A model generated the notes under the pieces. That model saw only the letters and a list, made by a program, of their open reading frames with translations, was not told the origin of the DNA and made no database searches. From a virus (lineage: Duplodnaviria; Caudoviricetes), in the IMG/VR virus record IMGVR_UViG_3300034642_000096, positions 1 to 24,002 of that record: 24,002 nt of DNA; one strand, written 5' to 3'. Positions within the stretch are counted from its first letter, which is position 1; every line of letters starts with the position of its first letter. The translations under genes were made by a program, and so were the position numbers. This document shows, one piece after another, positions 9,403-17,398 of the stretch.

Positions 9403-10260
9403 ATGAAACCCTCTAATCCAGGTGAGAAATCCTTTCTTACAACTAAGAAGAAAGGAAACGTTATTATTAACCCTAAGAAGGAAGACCTCATGAAAGAAAC
9501 TAAACTAGACGAGAAAAAACTTGACCCAGTAGGTAAGGAAGACAAGGACATCGACAACGATGGTGACCATGATAAGTCTGACAGATACTTATTGAATCGT
9601 CGTAAGGTCAGGAGCAAAGTAATTAAGATGCGTGAAGCAGCATACGATGCATTGCGTGCTAAACGTGCAAAGAAACCACAGGGAGAAGGTGGAGTTGATA
9701 CTACCCCTGATGAAGCAAACGTAGGAGAAAGCGTAGAGCAGATTGATGAGTTGTCAAAGACAACTACTGCTAACTATCTGTATCAGGCAAAGGTAGATAG
9801 AAGTTATGTTCACGGTGGCAAGATGCATACTAAGGAACATGAGAAAGCAAGAACGAAAGGAATAGAAAGAGCAAAGAAAAAACTAGGAGATAAGATTAGT
9901 AAGAAAGTCTCTGATGATGCATCAACTGATTCTCAGTCAATGAGTCGTGACTGGTCTAACTCAAAGTACCCTAGGAGATATAAGGTTACTAAGGATGGTC
10001 AGAAAGAAGAGGTGGAGCATATCACAGAAATCTCTGCTGATAAGTTAACTGCTGCAGCAAAGGCGGCAGAAGTCAAGAGAGGAAAGAAAGCAGTTGCAGG
10101 CGATAGAGAAGGTGCAGTGAAAGCTATTGCACAAAATAAAAAATTCTATGATGCAGCAAAAGCAAAGAGAATGAAAGAGTCAACAGACAGAGTGAAAGCA
10201 AGAATGATTCAGTTTACTAAGGATCATGACCAACAAATGCAAGGTAAACAGCCTATATAA
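9403..10260 (+). CDS. Lys/Glu-rich hypothetical protein with a DxDxDG motif, possible internal head protein
   Basis: LDPVGKEDKDIDNDGDHDKSDRYLLNRRK; repeated IDEL/ITEI/MKES-type segments. Confidence 0.75.
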   Translation: MKPSNPGEKSFLTTKKKGNVIINPKKEDLMKETKLDEKKLDPVGKEDKDIDNDGDHDKSDRYLLNRRKVRSKVIKMREAAYDALRAKRAKKPQGEGGVDTTPDEANVGESVEQIDELSKTTTANYLYQAKVDRSYVHGGKMHTKEHEKARTKGIERAKKKLGDKISKKVSDDASTDSQSMSRDWSNSKYPRRYKVTKDGQKEEVEHITEISADKLTAAAKAAEVKRGKKAVAGDREGAVKAIAQNKKFYDAAKAKRMKESTDRVKARMIQFTKDHDQQMQGKQPI

Positions 10261-10281
10261 TGTACCGTTTGAATTTTAATC

Positions 10282-10479
10282 ATGTTATCATTCCTACTAC
10301 CTTTCGCATCTAAAATTGTATCTGATGCAGTAAACAAAATCCCAGACGATTCTGAGTTGGGAGAGAAACTTATCGACTTATGTCTAATCATCTTAGGTAA
10401 GGCAGTTAAACTTACTAAGACAGACATGGATGACAAGCTATTGGAGACAGTTAAGTCTGCACTAGCAACTAGAGAGTAA
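10282..10479 (+). CDS. Small hypothetical protein
   Basis: Clean 65-aa ORF with amphipathic helices in an intergenic position. Confidence 0.75.
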   Translation: MLSFLLPFASKIVSDAVNKIPDDSELGEKLIDLCLIILGKAVKLTKTDMDDKLLETVKSALATRE

Positions 10480-10483
10480 TTCT

Positions 10484-10491
10484 TATAAATA
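10484..10491 (+). promoter_or_regulatory. T4-type late promoter TATAAATA
   Basis: Exact consensus in an AT-rich gap, 30 nt before the structural gene at 10522. Confidence 0.8.
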
Positions 10492-10521
10492 ACTTATAGG
10501 AAAAAATTATTAGAGAAACTA

Positions 10522-11343
10522 ATGTCTATTTTAGGTACTATAGACGCTTCCACCTTTGGCAATAACGTAGGTGTCACTAATGGTGACGCAACAGTTACGA
10601 AGAATGCTGCTGATTCCGTCGATGTTGGCGATATCTTGGTGCTTAATAGCGTTAACTACATTGTAAGAGAGGTAACATCTACCACATCTATTGAATTACA
10701 CACAACATATGCGGGTAGCACTAATGCTTCATTGTCTGGTGCTATCAGACGTACTGCTCCTAAGGCAGTCGCTGAGTTTGTAGTCAAGGGTGGAGATAGT
10801 AACTCTTATGAGTTGGTCTTCGTTGACACAACTGAGCAGAGCATTGCATCCAACAAGTCTAGAGGAATCACTGGACCTGGTTGGTGGCAGTATCGCACTT
10901 ATCAGACACACAACGGTGACACCAAGCATAAAGCAGAATACATCGCACCAGCTAAGGCAACTGCAGGAAACGCAGGAGACATGGCTGATGACACATTAGC
11001 AGCAGATGTATTAGAGGTAATCACAGTTGGCACACAGCCAGCAGCATCTACATCTTCTAGTGGTGCAGGCACATTCGTTGCAGCAGCAACAGTAGACCAG
11101 TCAGGTACTATCACATACAAGTGGCAACGTCAGACCAAGAGTGCAACTACTCGTTGGGTAGATGTAAGTGCTTCACTTGATACTGGTATCACATATGCTA
11201 ACTTCACAACCGCAACTCTTGCATACAGTGGACTTAGTGGTGACACATTAGACGGATATAAGTATCGTTGCGTGATTAACTCAAGCAAAGGTGCAGTCCA
11301 AAAGTATACCGACGGAGCAGCAACTCTAACATTCGGTAGTTAG
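10522..11343 (+). CDS. Putative virion structural protein with a C-terminal Ig-like domain
   Basis: Rich in Thr/Ser/Gly/Ala. ITVGTQP...TITYKWQ...DGYKYRCVI fits an Ig pattern. Late promoter upstream. Confidence 0.75.
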   Translation: MSILGTIDASTFGNNVGVTNGDATVTKNAADSVDVGDILVLNSVNYIVREVTSTTSIELHTTYAGSTNASLSGAIRRTAPKAVAEFVVKGGDSNSYELVFVDTTEQSIASNKSRGITGPGWWQYRTYQTHNGDTKHKAEYIAPAKATAGNAGDMADDTLAADVLEVITVGTQPAASTSSSGAGTFVAAATVDQSGTITYKWQRQTKSATTRWVDVSASLDTGITYANFTTATLAYSGLSGDTLDGYKYRCVINSSKGAVQKYTDGAATLTFGS

Positions 11344-11358
11344 TAACTAAATTTTATA

Positions 11359-11733
11359 ATGAGATTTGATGAACTAAATGAGAAAAACTATCTCATGTTC
11401 GCCATCAAGCATTACGATAACCCACAATCAGTTACCGTAGATGACTTCATGGAGGACATGAAGAAGTTTAAATATCTAAAAAGGTTATTGAAAAGATACC
11501 TTAAGACAGGTGTGTTGAGAGTCAACTTGATTCTTAACCACCTTATTATTTTATTCAATGTTTTTGGAGAGGGGACTATCCCTTTGTTGATGTATAAGTT
11601 AGGTGACGAATACTATTCAATCATAAAAACATTCCTTCTCTACTTAAATCGAATAGACCCGCAAAACAATAGTGGAATATTCGGTAACATAAATATTGAT
11701 GACGATGTGCTCGATTTACTTAACGCATTATGA
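11359..11733 (+). CDS. Conserved T4-like phage hypothetical protein
   Basis: MRFDELNEKNYLMFAIKHYDNP...LILNHLIILFNVFG, a pattern recalled from genes upstream of primase in cyanomyophages. Confidence 0.8.
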   Translation: MRFDELNEKNYLMFAIKHYDNPQSVTVDDFMEDMKKFKYLKRLLKRYLKTGVLRVNLILNHLIILFNVFGEGTIPLLMYKLGDEYYSIIKTFLLYLNRIDPQNNSGIFGNINIDDDVLDLLNAL

Positions 11734-12110
11734 ATGAAGATGCACCTACAATGAGTGTCGGCAACGGAGGTTTCACTGGAAGTGCTGCCCCCACAGGTCC
11801 TAATGCAGGATTCGACCCATTGATGAGTGCTAAAGTGAAGCGTAGGAAATACAAACCGAAAGGTCATGTGATTAAGAATGTTGGCATAGGCGAAGCAGTT
11901 GAAGATAAAAGTGGTTACCTACCGTTTAAAATATCATATGATGGAGCAGAGTCATACGTACTATATTCCAAGTCCGAGTCAGCACTGAAGATAGAGTTGA
12001 GAAAGATGTATCGCCCTGAGAATTTTAAAAAGATTTCAGTCAAGCGTTTATATCCAAACGAAGTGATTAAGTTTTACTGGGATAAGAGACAAGCAGCCCT
12101 AAGAGTATAA
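11730..12110 (+). CDS. Hypothetical protein
   Basis: ATGA overlap with the previous gene. N-terminus MNEDAPTMSVG. Confidence 0.75.
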   Translation: MNEDAPTMSVGNGGFTGSAAPTGPNAGFDPLMSAKVKRRKYKPKGHVIKNVGIGEAVEDKSGYLPFKISYDGAESYVLYSKSESALKIELRKMYRPENFKKISVKRLYPNEVIKFYWDKRQAALRV

Positions 12111-12526
12111 TGTCTGATATTAACTCAGCAATATTAGAAAGACTTGAGAGAGTCGTTGACACCTTGCAGGAAAACTCTGTAAAGATGGGTCAACTTCTTG
12201 CTGTTCATAATGAGAAACTAGACAAGCAAGATAAGATAGACCAAGTCTTGTTTGAGAAAGTAGATAGAATTCACACAGATATGACGAGAGAGACAGACGC
12301 TATAAAAAAAGGATGCGAGAGAGATATAAGATTAGTAGACGATAGACTTCGTATGATAGAGAAGAAGATGTGGACAATAGCAGGAGCACTATCTGTTATA
12401 TGCTTCTTTGTTTCTACACCAGGTCAGAAGTTAATTAAAAACTTGACATCATCCAACTATCAGAGTATGATACCCTCAGTGGAAAGGGTAGATTGGACTA
12501 CGTCGAAGACAAATACATTCGATTAA
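12110..12526 (+). CDS. Coiled-coil protein with a C-terminal hydrophobic segment
   Basis: Heptad-like LERLERVVDTLQE...LLAVHNEKL followed by WTIAGALSVICFFV. Confidence 0.75.
   Translation: MSDINSAILERLERVVDTLQENSVKMGQLLAVHNEKLDKQDKIDQVLFEKVDRIHTDMTRETDAIKKGCERDIRLVDDRLRMIEKKMWTIAGALSVICFFVSTPGQKLIKNLTSSNYQSMIPSVERVDWTTSKTNTFD
12443..12471 (+). promoter_or_regulatory. Sigma70-type early promoter for primase/nrdAB
   Basis: TTGACA (12443-12448), 17-nt spacer, TATGAT (12466-12471), ending 21 nt before the primase start. Confidence 0.7.
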
Positions 12527-13482
12527 TCAGCTCACGTCTTGACAGATACAAGCATGTCAAACGTGGACTGTACAATTTCAGATGCCCTTACTGCGGTGAC
12601 TCTCAAAAGAATAAGAGCAAAGCACGAGGGTATTTTTTTCTAAAGAAAACTGAATACATTTACAAGTGCCACAACTGTGGTGTTGGTAGGTCTCTTGGTA
12701 ACTTTTTAAAAGACCAAGCACCTGATATGTATGACCAGTTTGTCATGGAAAAATACAAGTCAGGTATGACTGGTAAGGGTAGACACACACCGTCTCCTAA
12801 GATTCCGTCATCAAAACCTAACTTCAAAAAGAATCCTTCTGCTCAAAGAATCTCAGACCTAAATACTTCTCACCCAGCTAAGAAATATTTACTGGAAAGG
12901 AAGATACCTGAGTCACAACTTAGTCGTTTTTACTACGTTGATAAATTCATGTCATGGGTTAACACCCAGAGGAAAACGTTTGACAAAATCACAAAAGACA
13001 AACCTAGAATTATTATCCCTCTCATTGGTAAGGATGGTGTCTGGTTTGGATTGCAGGGTCGCTCTATGGAGAGGCATGCAGATTTACGTTACATCACAGT
13101 GATGTTTGATGACCGATTGAAACTATTCGGTCAAGATAAAATTAACAAAGAGGAAACAGTTTATGTCACAGAAGGTCCGTTTGACTCCTGCTTTCTTCCC
13201 AACGCTGTTGCTATGTGTGGGAGCGATGTCGACCATCGGAATCTGGAATATGATTCACGGATTTGGGTCTTCGACAACGAGCCAAGAAACAGACAGATTG
13301 TACAGAGAATGCAATCTTGTATCGAATCAAATGAATCCCTTGTCATCTGGCCTAAGAATCTTAGATTGAAGGACATCAACGACATGGTATTAGCAGGGGA
13401 GAATCCCTATGCTATAATAAAAGCAAACACCTACTCAGGGTTAGAAGCACAAATTAAATTCACAGATTGGAAGAAAGTATGA
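12493..13482 (+). CDS. gp61: DNA primase gp61
   Basis: Zn finger RCPYCGDS...KCHNC, TOPRIM YVTEGPFDS, FDNEPRN, KDINDM. TTG start. Confidence 0.96.
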   Translation: MDYVEDKYIRLISSRLDRYKHVKRGLYNFRCPYCGDSQKNKSKARGYFFLKKTEYIYKCHNCGVGRSLGNFLKDQAPDMYDQFVMEKYKSGMTGKGRHTPSPKIPSSKPNFKKNPSAQRISDLNTSHPAKKYLLERKIPESQLSRFYYVDKFMSWVNTQRKTFDKITKDKPRIIIPLIGKDGVWFGLQGRSMERHADLRYITVMFDDRLKLFGQDKINKEETVYVTEGPFDSCFLPNAVAMCGSDVDHRNLEYDSRIWVFDNEPRNRQIVQRMQSCIESNESLVIWPKNLRLKDINDMVLAGENPYAIIKANTYSGLEAQIKFTDWKKV

Positions 13483-15779
13483 GCGACATTAGTGTTGTAA
13501 AAAGAGATGGGTCTGTCGAGTCCCTTAACCTCGACAAAGTGCACGCAATGGTTGAGTTAGCATGTGAAGACCTTGCGGGTGTATCAGCGTCACAAGTGGA
13601 GATGAATAGTGGAATACAATTCTACGATGGCATCAAGACAGAAGACGTGCAAGAAATCCTAATACGCTCTGCTAATGATTTGATATCATTAGATACTCCT
13701 AACTACCAGTTTGTAGCAGCACGTCTGCTATTGTTTGGTCTTAGGAAGTCAGTGTTTGGAGAGCATCCAGACCACCCACCTATCTTGTTTAATCACATTT
13801 GTAAGTGTGTAGACTATGGTGTGTATGACGAGGAGTTATTGACAGTATATACTGAGGAAGAATGGGAAACGATTGAATCTTTCGTTGACCATGATAGAGA
13901 CTATTTGTTTACATATGCTGGCTTGAGACAAGTATGCGATAAATATCTCGTACAAGACCGCAGCACAGGCTACCTGTTTGAGACACCTCAACAGATGTAT
14001 ATTATGATTGCTGCTACATTATTTTCCAAATACCCACAGGAGAGGCGGTTAGAATATGTACAAAGATACTACGAAGCAATCAGCACGCACAAAATCAACA
14101 TTCCAACACCAGTTATGGCAGGAGTTAGGACGCCACTCCGACAATTTGCAAGCTGTGTTCTTGTTGATGTTGATGACACCCTCGATAGCATTTTTAGCAG
14201 TGACATGGCTATTGGCTACTATGTTGCACAAAGGGCGGGTATCGGTATCAACGCGGGCAGAATCCGTGGCATCAACAGTAAAATCAGGGGTGGAGAAGTG
14301 CAGCACACAGGTGTTGTCCCTTTCCTCAAAAAGTTTGAGAGCACTGTCAGATGCTGCACTCAAAATGGCATCAGAGGTGGAAGCGCGACAGTCCACTTCC
14401 CCATCTGGCATCAAGAGATAGAAGACATCATTGTCCTTAAGAATAATAAGGGGACTGAGGATAATCGTGTCAGAAAACTAGACTACTCAATTCAATTATC
14501 CAAGTTATTCTATGAACGTTTTATCCAAGATAAAGAAATCACGCTTTTTTCCCCTCATGATGTTCCTGATTTGTATGAGAGTTTTGGGACCGATAGGTTT
14601 GATGAGTTATATTGCAGTTACGAATCTAATCCAGACATCCCCTCCAAGCGAGTCAGTGCTCAAGGATTAATCCTAGACCTACTCAAGGAGAGAGCAGAGA
14701 CTGGTCGTCTATACTTGATGAATATTGACCACTGTAATAGTCACTCATCATTTAAAGACAAGGTCAACATGAGTAACCTATGTCAAGAGATTACTCTACC
14801 TACTGACCCTATCAATCATATTGATAGTCAGGATGGTGAGATTGCTTTGTGTATTCTATCTGCTATCAACGTAGGTAAACTTCGTAACCTTAGTGAGATG
14901 GAGAATCTATGTGACCTTACAGTAAGAGCACTAGAAGAGTTGATTGACTATCAAGAGTATCCTGTACCTGCAGCAAAACGCTCTACGTTAGCACGTAGGT
15001 CACTCGGTATAGGTTTCATTGGTCTGGCACATTATTTCGCAAAGAATGGTGTGCAATATAATAGTCAAGAAGCGTATGACCTCACTCATAAACTGACTGA
15101 ATCCTTCCAATACAATCTACTTAGAGCATCTAATAACATTGCTAAAGAGAAGGGTGCATGCGACGCTTTCCATCGCACAAAATACATTGATGGAATCCTC
15201 CCAATAGATACATATAAGAGTGAAGTCGATGAATTAGTTACAGTATCATACGAGTATGATTGGGATTCTTTACGCGATGACATTGCAGAATGGGGACTCA
15301 GGCACAGCACTTTGTCCGCACAGATGCCTTCGGAGAGCAGCTCCGTTGTGTCAAACGCAACCAATGGAATCGAGCCACCTCGAGACTACTTGTCCATTAA
15401 GAAATCCAAGAAGGGACCTCTTAAGCAAATTGTTCCACAGTTTACAACTTACAAGAATAATTACACGCTCCTGTGGGACATGCCTAGTAACGAGGGATAC
15501 ATTAATGTGACTGCTATCATGCAGAAGTTTTTTGACCAAGCAATCAGTGGCAACTGGTCATACAATCCAGAAAACTATCCAGATAATGAAGTGCCTGTTT
15601 CTGTAATGGCAAACGACTTACTAACAACATACAAATACGGTTGGAAAACATCATACTATCAAAATACATACGATAATAAGAAAGATGTCGATGCAGATGC
15701 TGCTAAGACAGAGCAATTAATTAATGATATTCTTCATGGCACAGAGTCAGAAGAAGACTGTGATAGTTGTAAAGTTTAA
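13479..15779 (+). CDS. nrdA: Ribonucleotide reductase class Ia, alpha subunit
   Basis: ATP cone VVKRDG, PTPVMAG, QFASCVL, SNLCQEI, AQMPSESSS, C-terminal CDSC. Confidence 0.98.
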   Translation: MSDISVVKRDGSVESLNLDKVHAMVELACEDLAGVSASQVEMNSGIQFYDGIKTEDVQEILIRSANDLISLDTPNYQFVAARLLLFGLRKSVFGEHPDHPPILFNHICKCVDYGVYDEELLTVYTEEEWETIESFVDHDRDYLFTYAGLRQVCDKYLVQDRSTGYLFETPQQMYIMIAATLFSKYPQERRLEYVQRYYEAISTHKINIPTPVMAGVRTPLRQFASCVLVDVDDTLDSIFSSDMAIGYYVAQRAGIGINAGRIRGINSKIRGGEVQHTGVVPFLKKFESTVRCCTQNGIRGGSATVHFPIWHQEIEDIIVLKNNKGTEDNRVRKLDYSIQLSKLFYERFIQDKEITLFSPHDVPDLYESFGTDRFDELYCSYESNPDIPSKRVSAQGLILDLLKERAETGRLYLMNIDHCNSHSSFKDKVNMSNLCQEITLPTDPINHIDSQDGEIALCILSAINVGKLRNLSEMENLCDLTVRALEELIDYQEYPVPAAKRSTLARRSLGIGFIGLAHYFAKNGVQYNSQEAYDLTHKLTESFQYNLLRASNNIAKEKGACDAFHRTKYIDGILPIDTYKSEVDELVTVSYEYDWDSLRDDIAEWGLRHSTLSAQMPSESSSVVSNATNGIEPPRDYLSIKKSKKGPLKQIVPQFTTYKNNYTLLWDMPSNEGYINVTAIMQKFFDQAISGNWSYNPENYPDNEVPVSVMANDLLTTYKYGWKTSYYQNTYDNKKDVDADAAKTEQLINDILHGTESEEDCDSCKV

Positions 15780-16928
15780 ATGCAAAAACACATGAGCGTA
15801 ACGGTATTCAACGAGAAGAAAACTGATACCAAGAAACAACCAATGTTTTTTGGTGCACCCCTAGGGATGCAGAGATACGATGAATATAAGTATCCAGACT
15901 TTGATAAATTAACTCAGACACAATTAGGATATTTCTGGAGACCAGAAGAAGTCTCCTTACAAAAGGATAGGTCAGACTATAAGACACTGACCGAGCAGCA
16001 GAAACATATCTATACTTCTAACTTGAAGTATCAGATTCTCCTTGACTCTGTGCAAGGTCGTGGACCTGGCATGGCATTCTCACCTTACTGTAGTCTTCCA
16101 GAGTTGGAAGGATGCATGGGTGTCTGGCAATTTATGGAGCAGATACACTCACGCTCATACACACATATCATTAAAAATGTATACCCTGACCCAAGTGAGG
16201 TCTTTGATACTGTATTAGATAACGAGAAGATTATCTCTCGTGCTAAGTCAGTCACCAAAGCATACGATGAATTCTTAGAGGTTGTTGGTGAGTATGCAGA
16301 CAGCAACTTTTGGAAGTCAGGTTGGAAAGACTCCCCTACTGCAGAGTGGACACTTAGGGATGTCAAACGTAAACTTTATAGAGCTATTGCCAATGTCAAC
16401 ATCCTTGAAGGTATTCGTTTTTACGTTAGTTTTGCTTGCTCTTTCGCATTCGGTGAGCTCAAACTTATGGAAGGGTCAGCTAAGATCATATCCCTTATTG
16501 CAAGAGACGAATCGCAACACCTTGCGTTAACACAGAAGATACTTTACAAATGGAAGAAGGGTGATGACCCTGAGATGCAGCAGATTGCACAGGAAGAGAA
16601 AGAGAATGTGCGTCAGATGTTTGCTAACGCAGTCAAAGAGGAGAAAGACTGGGCAAACTATCTCTTTTCTAACGGTAGTATGATAGGTCTCAACGAGAAA
16701 CTACTGCATCAATACATCGAGTGGGTTGCTAATAGACGCATGAAAGCAATCGGACTAGAAACCATGTATGATATACCCGCAAGGAATAATCCTTTACCTT
16801 GGACTGAGCATTGGCTCAACTCTAAGGGACAACAGAATGCTCCACAAGAGACAGAGATAGAATCTTATATTGTCGGTGGTATTAAGCAGGACGTTGACAA
16901 GAATACATTTAGTGGTTTCAAATTGTAA
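15780..16928 (+). CDS. nrdB: Ribonucleotide reductase class Ia, beta subunit
   Basis: FWRPEEVSL, EQIHSRSYTH, LEGIRFYVSF, RDESQH, APQETEIESY. Confidence 0.98.
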   Translation: MQKHMSVTVFNEKKTDTKKQPMFFGAPLGMQRYDEYKYPDFDKLTQTQLGYFWRPEEVSLQKDRSDYKTLTEQQKHIYTSNLKYQILLDSVQGRGPGMAFSPYCSLPELEGCMGVWQFMEQIHSRSYTHIIKNVYPDPSEVFDTVLDNEKIISRAKSVTKAYDEFLEVVGEYADSNFWKSGWKDSPTAEWTLRDVKRKLYRAIANVNILEGIRFYVSFACSFAFGELKLMEGSAKIISLIARDESQHLALTQKILYKWKKGDDPEMQQIAQEEKENVRQMFANAVKEEKDWANYLFSNGSMIGLNEKLLHQYIEWVANRRMKAIGLETMYDIPARNNPLPWTEHWLNSKGQQNAPQETEIESYIVGGIKQDVDKNTFSGFKL

Positions 16929-16932
16929 AACA

Positions 16933-17097
16933 ATGACCAACATGAATGAGGAAAAACAAGGATGGTGGGACAGGCATTCGTGGCCTGGACCTGACCTCTG
17001 GTATCAGGGACCACTTGAAGTTTTTAAAACAGGTGAAGAGAGATTTGAAACGTCACAAGAAGATACCAAACCTTCCTCGACAGAGGAAAAAACGTAA
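16933..17097 (+). CDS. Small hypothetical protein
   Basis: ATG 4 nt after the nrdB stop; 54 aa. Confidence 0.5.
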   Translation: MTNMNEEKQGWWDRHSWPGPDLWYQGPLEVFKTGEERFETSQEDTKPSSTEEKT

Positions 17098-17107
17098 CAA
17101 ATAATAC
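17094..17107 (+). promoter_or_regulatory. NtcA-like box GTA-N8-TAC (GTAACAAATAATAC)
   Basis: Exact GTAN8TAC match upstream of the glutamine-riboswitch-like locus. It is embedded in the inverted repeat at 17094-17126. Confidence 0.45.
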
Positions 17108-17168
17108 CGTATACGGTTTTTGTTACACACTATTGCTAAATAGTAGTGGATATGTTATGATGTCCACA

Positions 17169-17395
17169 CGTTCATCCAAATGGAATCTTTAGCACTAGCA
17201 CTGATTATTTCCAAGCACAACAGTTACCATTGGCAAATGTCGTGTCAGGAGTGGAACAACCAAAGGGTAGAGATAATGAGTAATCCTTATCACACCCAAG
17301 ATGCCAAAGAGTATCTTATAGATTACTTTAGGACTAAGGTTGACGGTGAGTGTGAAGCATTCTACATTGGACGCAAGTAAGCCGACTCGGAACGG
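17169..17395 (+). ncRNA. Glutamine riboswitch (glnA-motif)-like aptamer 1, with an ORF inside the P2 loop
   Basis: 5' half CGTTCATCCAA (17169-17179); 3' half TTGGACGCAAGTAAGCCGACTCGGAACGG (17367-17395). P1 is CGTTC/GAACG and P2 is TCCAA/TTGGA. Confidence 0.65.
17180..17380 (+). CDS. 66-aa protein with a hydrophobic N-terminus and two Cys, encoded inside aptamer 1
   Basis: Intact ORF; gapless similarity to the 17409-17600 product. Confidence 0.7.
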   Translation: MESLALALIISKHNSYHWQMSCQEWNNQRVEIMSNPYHTQDAKEYLIDYFRTKVDGECEAFYIGRK

Positions 17396-17398
17396 AAT

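Noticed and set aside
14056-14421. Alternative-frame + strand ORFs inside core genes (also 1605, 3411, 10790, 13163, 15256, 16282, 20147)
   Set aside because: They are nested in conserved genes, with no RBS or motif support.
13479-16928. Introns or inteins in nrdA/nrdB (and in gp41 or gp43)
   Set aside because: The reading frames are continuous, of ordinary length, and show no intein or homing-endonuclease motifs.
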